From Octopus vulgaris (Eukaryota), in NCBI GenBank assembly GCA_951406725.2, contig OX597817.1, positions 157,418,001-157,482,000 on the forward strand: a stretch of 64,000 nucleotides of DNA, in the 5' to 3' direction. The notes beneath the pieces were generated by a model. It saw nothing but the letters and a program-made list of their open reading frames with translations, searched no databases and was not told the DNA's origin. Positions 52,154 through 62,317 of this stretch are shown here, piece by piece (within the stretch, counting starts at the first letter, position 1; each line of letters begins with the position of its first letter). Made by a program: the position numbers and the translations under genes.

Positions 52154-55100
52154 TCTTTATTTTCTCTCCTTATTTCTTTCTGTGTTCCTTTCTGTGGAAG
52201 AGCATAGGCTCGAAACGTTAAAGACTTTTTCAATTCCTGAGCATTAAATTAATACATCTGTTTGTTGTCTACACCACCTGCTTTCGTCTTTTGTTTTTTT
52301 TTTTGTGAATTCCCCCCTACAATAATATTACATATCTACTGTAGCTTACCCACTTCATTTCTTTCTAACCATTGTACATATTCTGCATTCATACAAAAGT
52401 ATTACTCAATAGATTAATGTGTTGGACTCAAAAGAACAAAATATTCTATTCTTTGAATTTTAGGCTCTTTGAACCAGTCAAATATTGAGGTTGTGATTGA
52501 AAAATGTACTGAATTGTGTAAAGCCCTCATTTCTTTGGTACCAATTATAATTGTTACAATGGGAGAACTTGGTGTTTTGGTGTGTCGCTCTGGTGATATT
52601 ACTTCCCGGTTGCCTATCAAAGGCATGTCAGTGGTAAGTATAGAAAATATCTACTGCTTTATGATTTCTTAAAATTAATTTCCAAGTGTCTTCTACTATA
52701 ATCCCAGAGTGACCAAAGCCTTGTGAGTAGATTTGGTGAATGAATACTGAAAGAAGATTGTCGTGTATATGTATGTATATAGGTGTGTATGCTACATGGC
52801 CTATGTGACGTAGCATACTACATGACCAACCAGGCAATCAGATGTTGCTACACATTGCTGGTCACAATGCGCCTTGCATTGTTTTAGCCTTCAAATTACG
52901 CCACTCCACTGGCTAAGCGAGCAGGCCAACAGATGAAAGAATGAGAGAAACTTGTGGCGAAAGAGTACAGCAGGGATCGCCACCACCCCCTGCCGGAGCT
53001 TTAGGTGTTTTCACTCAGTAAACATTCACAACGCCTGGTCTGGGAATCGAAACCGCAATCCTACGATTGAGAGTTCTCTGCCCTAACCACTGGGCCATTG
53101 CAATCCACAGGTGTGTATGCGTGCATGTATATGTGTGTGTATTTGTGTGTGTGTGTGTGTGTGTGTATGTCTCTCTCTTTGTCCTGATATGTGAAAGAAT
53201 GACAGTTGTAAATGAGTGTCACTATCATGCAAGCAGTGTAATTAATTTCCAATATTCTGCAAGAATGTGCCTGGCCTTGGGGAAATATTACCTTGCTTGG
53301 AAGCTGGTGAGGGTTGGCGACAGGAAGAGCATCCAGCCATAGAAAATTTGCTTCAAATAAACTCTGTCCAATCCATGTAAGCATAGAAAAGTGGATATTG
53401 AAATGATGATGGTGCTGCTGCTGATGTTGGTGGTGATGAGGACATGTGTGTGTGTATACATTGTGTTAAATGTCCAAATAAGGGAAAATAGATTTAAGGA
53501 CAGTTGAAAGTTCTATTGATAGGGTCTTTTCTTTTCCTCTGTGTGTGTCTGTAGGCTGCATTCCATTGTATCAAGAGTATAATTTTATTTTTATTCTATT
53601 GTTGAAAGTTTTCACAAAGTGTGGTTTTGGTATAAATTATTTTTCTTTTACTTTGGTATGTATGTGTTGTACATGTGTGATTGAAACTCTGAACAAGAAA
53701 AAAAATGAATCACAAGAAGAGATGCTCTCACATACACACACACACACACAAGGCAGATTATTTATTTATACAGATAAAATTTCCATTTTTAGAAACAGTT
53801 CAAAACTCACAAACTCACAGCAAAATAGTGATAAGGATGTGTGTAAACTATAGATTCTTATTAATCAACTTATAGTGGATGGTTCCATATTTAATTGTAT
53901 GCTAGCATGGAAAACGGACGCTAAACGACGATGATGATGATTTGTCAATGAAGTTTTTTTCTTAATTATTTGTTGTTGGTTGAAAAAGTCTGAGCACTTG
54001 TAGAAGGGAAAGATTTTGAAGTTAGGTAAGTCCATTCCAAAAACAACAAGTGAACACACTATTTTGGTTTCCTCTGATGTTGTCAACTTATACACAAACA
54101 ACCTCATGACTGTAGAATAATTGGAAAATGTACCTACGGGATTGCTTTATCTTATGGCAGGAAAACCTTGATACACTCACAGAATTCAAAAATATGCTGA
54201 GCAATCTAAGCAACAATATCTAATTCACAGTAGAGTTTCACAACTGAGTTCAATTTCAAGAAGCTTGCCTTTCTAGATATCTCAATCACAAACAGAGATA
54301 GGAGAGTAGAAGCAGACATGTTCTATAAACCAACCAACTTCAAGCAATATCTGCTTTTTGCATCATGTCACCCAAAACACACAAAATTGAACATTCCCTT
54401 TAACCTAACAAAACAAATATGCGCAATAGTATTAGACCTATCTAAGTATGAATAAAGACTGGATGAATTGAAGAACATACCTATCCAAAGAGCATTCTCA
54501 CTTGGCATGATCAACAATGGAACAGACAGGGAAAAACAAATATTTGACCACATTCACAAAAACCTCTCCATTCTACTTGAAGATGGAAAAGATTCTGGAA
54601 ACACACTAAATCATCAAAAGCAAAAGGCTGCCCAAAACACTGAAACACATTCTCACTGGAACAAAACAGAAACAAATCCCCAACCCATCTGTAACAAAAT
54701 ACAGAAGAACAAATTGTGGCATCTATCTATACTTAACTGAAAGATTAGAATTCAAAATTAAAGATGGCCAAACCTTCAAAGTAAAAGTCAACTTTGCAAT
54801 TCAGAAAATTTAACCTACCTGGTTAAATTGGGATGTCGGAAAAATTACATAGGACAGATGGGTGTGTCATTATACAAAAGAATGATGATTCACCACCAAC
54901 AGATCTGAGATGAAAATACAAGGAAAATTCCCTTAAGTAGTCCCTTTACAGCTTGTGCAGGAATGGATTTACCTAACTTCAAAATTTTCCCCCACTACTA
55001 GTGTCCAGACGTTTTCTCTCAACAACAGGAAGGGTGTCTGACAGCAACACGATGCCTTAATCATATGTATTCATCTATGCCAATCATGGACAATCAAGGG

Positions 55101-55621
55101 CTTTCAAGACTTACTTTGAAGTTTTTTAGTAGTGTGGCCAGCCTCAACATGAGCCATGGCTCATGTAGCCTGCTTCTTGAAAATGTTAAAAGGTTGCTCA
55201 TGTCTAATCAAGCCATGATAGCATGGAAAAATGGATGCAAAATGAAAGAACTAATATAACTCTAGAAAATACCAAATTTCTGTTCATAATTCAGTTTGTT
55301 TATTGGTTCATTAGAATGTTTGCAATTGTATCCTCAGGGCTGTCAGATCAACTTCGTAAAAAATAGCTCAACATTTTCAAAAAGTTGTAAATTACATTAG
55401 AAAATAGCCAAAAATAAATATTTTGCTAATAAATTTTACAAATTATAAGTCCCCCTTCCTTGTGAGTTTTATTTTATTTCATGTACATTTATTTTTTGTA
55501 TTTTGATAAAATTTTGTTGGCGTTCCATGTTTTAAATATTTGAGATTATGATTCTGCAAAAAATAAACATAATAATTTTACAAATTTGATTTTTCTTCAT
55601 TTCTTCCCTCTTATGTGTGTA

Positions 55622-55669
<48 letters not shown>

Positions 55670-56345
55670 AAGTTTCAGCTCAGAGCTGCGGCCATGCTGA
55701 TGCACCGCCGTTATATATGGTAGAATGCCTGTTATATATAAAGATGTAGGTTCATGACCCACAAGCAGCCTTCCAATTTTTCTATCCAAAAGGGTTCTTA
55801 ACCTGATAGTCGCATGTTGTTATTTGAAGCTTTATCTACTTCAAGTTCAACCATTAAGAATAAATTAGTTCCCATTCTCTCAAAGTTTCTAAATTCTGAT
55901 GATGTGTGTGTGTGTGTGTGTGTTTGTCTTTTATCTTTTACTTGTTTCAGCTATTAGATTGTGGCCTTGCTGGGGCACTGACTTGTAGAATTTTTAGCTG
56001 AATGAATTGACCCCCCCAATACTTTTTTTAAAGCCTGGTATTCATTTTATTGATCTCTTTTGCCAAACTGCTAATGTTATGGGAGCATAAACAAACCAAC
56101 ACAAGTTGTTAAATGGTGGTGGAGAAAAAACACAGACACAAAGACACACATATATATATATATGTAGCACAGGAGTACAATAGGCGCAGGAGTGGCTGTG
56201 TGGTTAGTAGCTTGCTTACCAACCACATGGTTCTGGGTTCAGTCCCACTGCGTGGCACCTTGGGCAAGTGTCTTCTACTATAGCGTTGAGCCGACCAAAG
56301 CCTTGTGAGTGGATTTGGTAGACGGAAACTGAAAGAGGTCCGTCG

Positions 56346-56402
<57 letters not shown>

Positions 56403-58542
56403 TTGTGTGTTTGTGTTTGTCCCCCCAACATTGCTTGACAACCATAACTTGGCAGTTCGGCAAAAGAGACCAATAGAATAAGCACTAGGCTTACAAAGAA
56501 TGACTCCTGGGGTTGATTTGCTCAACTAAAGGCGGTGCTCCAACATGGCCACAGTCAAATGATTGAAACAAGTAAAAGAGTATATATGTGTGTGCATAGC
56601 CACAATCTAATAACTGAAACAAGTAAAAGATAGAAGACACACACACACACATACATACTCACGCAGGGTGTTCATTAAAAATTTCCCTTGACCCACTTAC
56701 GGTTATTGCAGGAAACGGAACTTGTACAGGTATAATCATACATGTCTTTACATGTCACATTGTGAATTTCTGCTTTCCACTAGTATTCATTTGTTTTTTA
56801 TGGCTCCTGAAGTGGACTAAGGTGTTATAATGGAGGCAGTTGAATGCAGATCAGTGATCAGGGTCTTATACTTGAAAGGTCCTACATCAAAAGAGTGCAC
56901 CATCATATGATGTAGTCAAGCACTGGCATCACCAGTTCAAATGTGGTTGGACATCAGTGGAAGCTGCTCCTATTCCTGGACAACCATATTCCACCATTGA
57001 TGTGGACAAAATCCATAAAGTGGAAGATGCCCTCTTGGAGGAACACCACATAACTATTCAGCAACTAGCCCAAGAAGTGAAGATAAGTGTAGGGCCCATG
57101 GAAAAAAATCATTCATGACCATTTGCACATGCAGAGGTTGTCTTTACTGTGGATTCCTCAAATTCTCACATTTTTTCAAAAGCAGGAACAAGTCAGTACC
57201 TGCATCACCTTACTGGCACTTGTGCTGGAGGCACGTGAAAAAACATTTGAGTGAAGTTGTTGCCAGTGCTGCTGGACTGGCTCCTGTACAGGTGGCACAT
57301 AAAAAGTACCATTTGAGCGTGGTCATTGCCAGTACCACCTGACTGGCCCTTGTGCCGGTGGCACTTCAAAAGCACCCACTACACTCTCGGAGTGGTTTGT
57401 GTTAGGAAGGGCATCCAGCTGTAGAAACCTTACCAGATCAAGATTGGAGCCTGATGCAGCCATTTTGTTTACTGGTCCTCAATAAAATCATCCAACCCAT
57501 GCTAGCATGGAAAGCAGACATTAAATGGTGATGTTGATGATAATGAATTGTTTCTCTTTAAGGCTTGTAACTTGAATATAAAATTGTAACTTCCATGTCA
57601 AATGAAGTGAAAGTAGTACACTATACTCAAGTATAACTCAGACTTCTATATCACAGATGAGTAATTGCTGCCACGTTTTAGTTCACTTTAATCATGCTAG
57701 GAAGCCTCTACATTGTCACTTGGTATGCCTATAAATAGCAGCCAAATATCCCTCAATTCACTTCCTATGGTTTTGATTTGTCTATAAATGTTACTAATTG
57801 GCGAAAGATATCATTGATGTGAATTTGAAATTTAATACAAAAGTAGCAGATTGTAGCTCTTTCTCTTCTCATATATTTAGGCAGCTTAAAAATTAGTAAG
57901 TAGACCCCCATCTCCCACCAGTTAAAAAAACATGTCATGTACTACTGTTACACCATCTAGCAACTCTAAGTTTTAAGTTTAACACATTAACGGCCACAAC
58001 CTGTTACTGGAAACTACTGGTGACACCACATATTTTGCACAGACACACTGTATATTGTTTAATTACAAGAAATCGAAATTGAAATCAAATTTGATGACTG
58101 GCATCTGTGCTAGTGAAGTGCTGAGTACTATCCTAGCGTGATCGTTGCCAGAGCAACAAACTGGCTTCCGTGCCAGTGGCACATAAAAAGCACCATTTGA
58201 GCGTGATCGTTACCTGTGTCGCCTTACTGGCATTTGTGCTGGAGGCATGTGAAAAAACATTCAAGCGAGGTCATTGCCAGTGCCGCTGGACTGGCTCCTG
58301 TGCAGGTGGCACGTAAAAAACACCATTTGAGTGTGGCCGTTGCCAGTACCGCCTGACTGGCCCTCGTGCTGGTGGCATGTAAAAGCACCCACTATACTCT
58401 CGGAGTGGTTGGCGTTAAGAAGGGCATCCAGCTGTAGAAACTCTGCCAGATCAAGATTGGAGCCTGCTGCAGCCATCTGGTTCGCCAGACCTCAGTCAAA
58501 TCGTCCAACCCATGCTAGCAGGGAAAGCAGACGTTAAACGAC

Positions 58543-58576
<34 letters not shown>

Positions 58577-60789
58577 GTGATGAAATGTAATTCTTTTTAC
58601 ATTTTTACAATATTTCATAATGCAATTTTAATATTTAGTTCTCATGTTATTTAAATATCCTCAAAGCCATGTCAGTGATACAGAACAAAATATTTTCTTA
58701 AATTATGAAAATGTTCCATTGGTGGCAAATACGGTGGTTACTCTTTATTCTTTTGCTCTTTTACTTGTTTCAATCATTTGACTGTGGCCATACTGGAGCA
58801 CAGCTCTTAGTTGAGCAAATCAACCTAGGACTTGTTCTTTGTAAGCCTAGTACTTGTTCTATCGGTCTCTTTTGCCAAACTGCTAAGTTATGGGGACGTA
58901 AACACACCAGCATCAATTGTCAAGCGATGTTGGGGGGACAAACACAGACACACAAACATACACGCACAGACACACACACACACATAAATATATACAGATA
59001 TACGACGGGCTTCTTTCAGTTTCCGTCTATCAAATCCACTCACAAGGCTTTGGTCGGCCGGAGGCTATAGTAGAAGACACTTGCCCAAGGTGCCACGCAG
59101 TGGGACTGAACCCGGAATAATGTGGTTCGTAAGCAAGCTACTTACCACACAGCCACTCCTACGCCTATGGTCGTGTGAAGTTTGTGATGAGCCACCAGTG
59201 GTACATGTGATGGTTAATGGCTTTCATGGTCACAGTTTCTTATTTGCAATGTTTAAAGTTTAAGAATGAAGAAATATTTGAAAATTTTATATAATAATGA
59301 AGAGAGGCCTCTCTCTTTTTTTTTCTTTCTCTCTCTCTGTCTCTTGCTCTCTCTCTCTCTGTCTCTTGTTCTCTCTCTCTGTCTCTTGTTGTCCCTCTCT
59401 CTCTGTCTCTTGTTCTCTCTCTGTCTCTTGTTCTCTTTCTCTGTCTCTTGTTCTCTCTCTCTCTTTCTCTTGCTCTCTCTCTCTCTCTGTCTCTTGTTCT
59501 CTCTCTCTGTCTCTTGTTGTCTCTCTCTGTCTCTTGTTCTCTTTCTCTGTCTCTTGTTCTCTCTCTCTCTCTTGCTCTCTCTCTCTGTCTCTTGTTCTCT
59601 CTCTCTGTCTCTTGCTCTCTCTCTTTCTCTCTCTATGTCTCTTGCTCTCTCTCTCTCTGTCTCTTGCTCTCTCTCTCTCTCTCTCTGTCTCTCGCTCTCT
59701 CTCTGTCTCTTGCTCTCTCTCTGTCTCTTGTTCTCTCTTTCTCTCTTGTTCTCTCTCTCTGTCTCTTGCTCCCTCTCTCTGTCTCTCTCTCTCTCTCACA
59801 CACACATACACACGTACACAGACACACACTAAACAACTTTATAAGACTGTCAGTTGTGTCACTTGTCACAAGGGATGACATTAACATATGGACACATTGG
59901 AACAACATAGAATCGTCTTATGATTAGCCAAGTTGTTTGTGGGAATCTTTTTGATGAGTGTCTGGGAGTAAGGGTTAACATGGAAAATGGCAGTATGTCT
60001 GCAAGATTATTTATATGTAAAGTACAAAACAGAGAGAGAGAGAAAATGAGAGAGAAAAAGAGAGAGATAACATAGTAATACCGAAACACACAAGCACAAA
60101 CTTATACACTTATACGCAAACATAGTTGTCAGTGGAATTATTTTAGTATCATGAGTGATGGAGCAGTTGAGACTTTATGCTATTTAGTTTGGGGTCTCAT
60201 GTTTCTATGTTTCAATTCCAAAGGGATGAACTTTACGGTTTATTTCTCTCCAGGGCTGATAAAATATCTATTTGCTATGTCTCTGCAGCCTGGCTCTACA
60301 TTTAACCTAAAAATAACCGCAGTGTGAAGTTAAATCTATTGCCTGAGTCACTGTGTCTAATCCAGAGATTAGATGTCATTTCAACACCTGTTCTTATTTT
60401 TTCTACTTTAGCGTTTAACCCTTTGGTTTTTTAGCCAGGCATATTAGGTCCAAATATTCAACTTATTTTATGTTCAAACCAGCCAGATCCAGCCTCTCAC
60501 ACCTATCCTACAATGTCATTTTAAAAAGAACCAATCACGTCATCAAAATCTTGTAGTATCTACAAGTGATGCATGATTAATTCAAAACAGTGTGAATAAA
60601 TAAGCAATTACATTTGACAGGGTTAAGTTCTGTAACGTGTACCAACTAGCACCATCTTGTTTTTTTTGTTTGTGAAGCATGAGCTGTTTAATAGTGATGT
60701 GAAATGAGGAATTGTGATATTTATGCCTCCCAAGATTCTGAGTTCAATTTCCAGGCAGTGACCTGAATAATAATAATAATAATAATAAT

Positions 60790-60836
<47 letters not shown>

Positions 60837-62317
60837 TAATAATTATGATGATGATGACGACGATGGCGACGATGACAGAAAAATACCTTAGGAATGAGAA
60901 CTCAGGTTTGAAATTTCCCCAGGACACCTGATGAAGGCTGGAGAGTATATCAGCCGAAACGTGTTAAGAACAAACAAGATGAGGACAAATATCCATCAAA
61001 TGTAAATAGTTTTTCAATGTTGCTTGCAACATAAGTTGAATTATCTGCTAGCTACCATATTCCGTGATAGTCAAATGAAAAATATCCATATTTAAAATGC
61101 AATCTTTGTATGCAACTTAACATGGTTATCTTGTTACTACACCAAATATTGTGGTATTAGCTTTGAGAAGTCCTCTCATATAGACACATAGTACATTCCA
61201 TCTCTAATAATTATTTTTTTAATAAGCCAGCTGACTATTTGTGGCATCAGTGACTGAAGGACGTTGATATTCTATTATGCCAGTGCCCCCTGACTTGCTC
61301 CCATGCTGGTGGCACATAAAAAGCACCATCTGAACATGGTTAATGCCAGTGGCCCTGACTGGGTCCTGTGTCAGTGGCATGTAAAAATCACCATCCAAAC
61401 GTGGTCGATGCCAGTGCTTCCTGTCTGGTCCTTGTGCCAGTAGCACATAAAAGCACCCACTACACTCTTGGAGTGGTTGGCATTAGGAAGGGCATCCAGC
61501 TGTAAAAACTTTGCCAGATCAGTTTAGAGCCTGGTGCAGCCTTCTGGCTCGCGAGTCCTCAGTCAAACTGTCCAATACATGCCAGCATCGAAATTGGACA
61601 TTAAACGATGATCATCATCATCATCATCATGACAATGAAGTTTGGTTGGTATACTGTCACTGGGCACCTGCTACTGAAGAAGTCCAGTAGACTGAAATCA
61701 CTCGATCTGGTACTTCCAGCACTCATAACAGATGATTCTCAACTGCTCACAATATGCCTTTGCTTTTATGCACTACGCATCTATATGAATGGACTTCTCA
61801 AGGCTAATAATTCAGTATTCAGTTTTCTAATGAGACATCCAAGGTGCCACGCAGTGGGACTGAACCCAGAACCATGTGGTTCATAAGCAAGCTACTTACC
61901 ACACAGCCACTTCTGCACCTAAATCTTGCTGTAAATCTTATATTGTATCTCTCGGCAAGACATTTAATTGTACATATCGTTAAACTGGAAAATATATGTA
62001 TCTGATCTTCTGGACATGTTATTTGTGATAGAAACGATACTGGTCTCCTATCTCATTTGCATAATGCTGTAGTTTCACAGAACCTTGTAAGTCACAGAAA
62101 TAGATGTCCTGATATCTTTCATGACCATTTTTTTTCTTTTCTTTTGCCAAGTTGTCACCTTTAGTCTGCTGTGCTGTTCTTGTTTTGTTTACTAATCACA
62201 GCTGTCCATCTAATGTCACAATATCTCATTACAGCAACAAGCCAACAACATGGAGGTGAAATATTTCCCAGCAAAGAAATGTGTTGACGTATGCAGTGTC
62301 TCCGGCGCTGGAGACTG
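11337..62317 (+). CDS. Spliced gene: bifunctional pseudouridine-5'-phosphate glycosidase / pseudouridine kinase (PsuG-PsuK fusion); 17 coding exons in window, last exon(s) beyond the window
   Basis: Manual exon assembly gives one open frame with all intron phases consistent. PsuG motifs: [62 protein letters not shown]. PfkB motifs: [45 protein letters not shown]. No stop codon reached. Confidence 0.95.
11771..13700. repeat. Tandem plus inverted array of a 362-bp hammerhead-containing unit (retrozyme / Penelope pLTR-like)
   Basis: Forward units start at 11771, 12133, 12484 and 12846 (362, 351, 362 bp, then partial). Orientation flips at about 12879-12881, then periods are 362 and 361 bp. Both ends abut (TA)n. 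Confidence 0.95.
13129..13170 (+). ncRNA. Minimal type-I hammerhead ribozyme (U3-A8 variant)
   Basis: GCTGCA-TTGAAAA-GGGG-caata-CCCC-GAAA-CGCG-TC-TGTAGC. A second + copy at 13491-13531 lacks one C in stem II. Minus-strand copies at 12003-12044, 12354-12395 and 12716-12757. Confidence 0.8.
14554..15076 (-). mobile_element. Internally deleted mariner element
   Basis: TA TSDs at 14552-53 and 15077-78; TIRs TTGGGTTTTCTGGAAAGTT / AACTTTCCGGACAACCCAA; N-terminal [15 protein letters not shown] joined out of frame to C-terminal [15 protein letters not shown]...[12 protein letters not shown]. Confidence 0.9.
15559..16072 (+). mobile_element. Non-autonomous Helitron
   Basis: 5' TCTATATATATAAAA, subterminal GC hairpin, 3' CTAG, inserted between A and T. 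Confidence 0.8.
16958..17420 (-). mobile_element. CR1/L2-like LINE 3' end
   Basis: ORF ...[12 protein letters not shown]...[17 protein letters not shown]... (CR1-type RT C-terminus) and (ATT)n tail. Other copies at about 20305-20420 and 21210-21780 (-), and 21790-22300, 39230-39605 and 40515-40972 (+). Confidence 0.85.
18596..18906 (+). mobile_element. tRNA-derived SINE family E
   Basis: A-box TGGCCCAGTGG and B-box-like GTTT(C/T)GATTCC; copies at about 43567-43946 and 47362-47612 (+), and 52820-53108 (-). Confidence 0.8.
19091..19202 (+). CDS. Coding exon 2 (PsuG): [36 protein letters not shown]
   Basis: TACAG acceptor, AG|GTAATT donor; contains the conserved ALESTII motif with the catalytic Glu. 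Confidence 0.95.
20057..20142 (+). CDS. Coding exon 3 (PsuG): [28 protein letters not shown]
   Basis: TTTTAG acceptor, G|GTAAGT donor, phase consistent. Confidence 0.95.
20836..21210 (-). mobile_element. tRNA-derived SINE family B (CORE-like CCTTGGGCAAGTG)
   Basis: Head TGGCTGTGTGG...GGTTCAGTCCC, internal (CA)n, tail (GTAAAAGA)n. Copies at about 29760, 31210, 42820, 50063, 58750 (-) and 33268-33640, 45420, 50901, 56182-56580 (+). Confidence 0.85.
22492..22583 (+). CDS. Coding exon 4 (PsuG): [30 protein letters not shown]
   Basis: TTGCAG acceptor, CAG|GTAAAA donor; KVSRRDL motif. Confidence 0.95.
22741..23035 (-). mobile_element. Penelope-like element pLTR fragment with ORF N-terminus and decayed hammerhead
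   Basis: Minus frame [28 protein letters not shown] resembles the YSxKNIPIPS N-terminus of PLE ORFs; hammerhead-like motif at 22846-22906; flanked by (TA)n. Confidence 0.75.
23330..23643. mobile_element. Inverted pair of hammerhead-bearing pLTR-like segments
   Basis: Arms 23330-23469 and 23504-23643; + strand motif TTCC-CTGAAGA-GAAGAT...ATCTTC-GAAA-CATGTG-TC-GGAA at 23520-23603. Confidence 0.75.
23730..24545 (-). mobile_element. RTE-clade LINE fragment (RT C-terminus)
   Basis: [27 protein letters not shown]. Homologous longer copies at 29987-30928 (includes [12 protein letters not shown]...GRGRPRKTW) and 44381-45415. Confidence 0.88.
25604..25715 (+). CDS. Coding exon 5 (PsuG): [37 protein letters not shown]
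   Basis: TACAG acceptor, A|GTAAGA donor; TTVSATM and TGGxGGVHRG motifs. Confidence 0.95.
27829..27935 (+). CDS. Coding exon 6 (PsuG): [35 protein letters not shown]
   Basis: TTTCAG acceptor, CTG|GTAAGT donor; DISADL motif and the catalytic Lys of GxKSILD. Confidence 0.95.
28145..28601 (-). mobile_element. Unclassified retroelement with (AAT)n tail
   Basis: Closely similar copy at about 31403-31885; each is preceded by (ATT)n on the + strand. Confidence 0.7.
29303..29429 (+). CDS. Coding exon 7 (PsuG): [42 protein letters not shown]
   Basis: Poly-T plus AAAG acceptor, G|GTAAGT donor; FPAFF motif. Confidence 0.95.
32338..32458 (+). CDS. Coding exon 8 (PsuG): [39 protein letters not shown]
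   Basis: TTTCAAG acceptor, TC|GTAAGT donor; GILIAVPIP motif. Confidence 0.9.
32928..33013 (+). CDS. Coding exon 9 (PsuG): [28 protein letters not shown]
   Basis: TTTCAG acceptor; GxDxTPF motif; followed by U12-type donor GTATCCTT. Confidence 0.92.
33014..35250 (+). other. U12-type (minor spliceosome) intron with non-canonical GT...TG termini
   Basis: 5' site GTATCCTTA; branch site TTCCTTGAC at 35231-35239, with the branch A 12 nt from the 3' end. Only the junction ...CCTTG|AT restores [13 protein letters not shown]. Confidence 0.8.
34612..35000 (-). mobile_element. 5'-truncated CR1-like LINE flanked by a ~108-bp direct duplication
   Basis: ORF ...[20 protein letters not shown]...[16 protein letters not shown]; 34497-34604 is repeated at 35000-35108. 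Confidence 0.85.
35251..35375 (+). CDS. Coding exon 10 (PsuG C-terminus and linker): [41 protein letters not shown]
   Basis: Conserved NIALxxNNA motif; donor GTT|GTAAGT; 5' boundary is the non-canonical TG. Confidence 0.88.
36091..36612. mobile_element. Tc1/mariner-superfamily (Tc2/pogo-like) MITE
   Basis: 25-bp TIRs CCGTAAATCCTC(A/G)AGTATA(A/G)TCCGC with TA TSD; a decayed relative lies at about 41035-41217. Confidence 0.85.
37390..37766 (-). mobile_element. Non-autonomous Helitron
   Basis: Minus strand starts TCTCTATATATATAAA and ends with hairpin ACCCGG-N5-CCGGGT and CTAG. Confidence 0.75.
37866..37922 (+). CDS. Coding exon 11 (kinase start): [19 protein letters not shown]
   Basis: TCCAG acceptor, GAG|GTTAGA donor, phase 0/0; PfkB first strand VVVGG..D. 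Confidence 0.88.
38245..38576 (+). mobile_element. Probable LINE 3' UTR remnant ending ...GCTAATAAAGAAA
   Basis: T-rich UTR-like sequence; the last ~45 nt match the SINE family A tail. Confidence 0.5.
38808..39229 (+). mobile_element. Putative solo LTR
   Basis: TGT...ACA ends, TATATAAA at about 38943, AATAAA at about 39094, CpG-rich relative to flanks. TSD not found; the 3' end abuts a CR1 copy. Confidence 0.5.
41407..41571 (+). CDS. Coding exon 12 (kinase): [55 protein letters not shown]
   Basis: TTGCAG acceptor, ATT|GTAAGT donor; PfkB signature 1 (xGxxxNxA...VGxDxxG). Confidence 0.93.
43277..43405 (+). CDS. Coding exon 13 (kinase): [43 protein letters not shown]
   Basis: TTTACAG acceptor; weak donor CAG|GTCTCT; phase 0/0. 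Confidence 0.85.
47822..48690 (-). mobile_element. maT (DD37D) Tc1/mariner transposon remnant
   Basis: QQDSAP...[13 protein letters not shown] with exactly 37 residues between the second and third Asp; frameshifted. Confidence 0.85.
48972..49086 (+). CDS. Coding exon 14 (kinase): [38 protein letters not shown]
   Basis: TTACAG acceptor, CAG|GTAAGT donor; DGNL motif. Confidence 0.92.
49204..49359 (+). CDS. Coding exon 15 (kinase): [51 protein letters not shown]
   Basis: Poly-T plus ACAG acceptor, A|GTATGA donor; WFEPT and PNxxE motifs. Confidence 0.92.
49519..50591. mobile_element. piggyBac-like MITE (TTAA-CCC...GGG-TTAA) carrying nested SINE A dimer and SINE B
   Basis: TTAA at 49515-18 and 50592-95; TIR CCC(A/T)TTAGCATT. 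Related MITEs at about 14217-14441, 40139-40360 and 60415-60626. Confidence 0.7.
51873..51918 (-). ncRNA. Minimal type-I hammerhead ribozyme, canonical core
   Basis: Minus strand CCAC-CTGATGA-ATGTC-ctgagaaga-GACGT-GAAA-CAATTG-TA-GTGG, within an element (about 51771-52115) bounded by (TA)n. Confidence 0.85.
52464..52633 (+). CDS. Coding exon 16 (kinase): [56 protein letters not shown]
   Basis: TTTTAG acceptor, GTG|GTAAGT donor; VTxGxxG motif. Confidence 0.92.
54170..55030 (+). mobile_element. Degenerate Penelope-like element (RT thumb plus GIY-YIG endonuclease)
   Basis: LAFLDISI...[31 protein letters not shown] and [17 protein letters not shown]...[10 protein letters not shown]; frameshifts and stops; an inverted copy of its 3' part lies at 53971-54037. 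Confidence 0.85.
56664..57196 (+). mobile_element. Mariner 5' half, truncated by an RTE insertion
   Basis: [17 protein letters not shown]...[19 protein letters not shown]...[13 protein letters not shown]...WIPQIL (HTH region and WVPxxL-like motif). Confidence 0.75.
59310..59800. repeat. CT-rich compound micro/minisatellite (unit roughly (CT)nGTCTCTTG(C/T)T)
   Basis: Direct inspection; it generates the spurious SL/RE-rich ORFs. Confidence 0.95.
60715..61010 (+). mobile_element. Short retroelement with hammerhead-like motif and AATGTAAAT tail
   Basis: ACAC-CTGATGA-A-GGCTG...CAGCC-GAAAC-GTGT at 60924-60964; the 3' end matches about 29160-29288. Confidence 0.6.
62235..62317 (+). CDS. Coding exon 17 (kinase): [27 protein letters not shown]
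   Basis: TTACAG acceptor, TG|GTGAGT donor; PfkB signature 2 (GAGD anion hole and catalytic Asp). Confidence 0.92.

Noticed and set aside
59266-59927. Long ORFs of 159-193 aa on both strands
   Set aside because: They are translations of a CT microsatellite.
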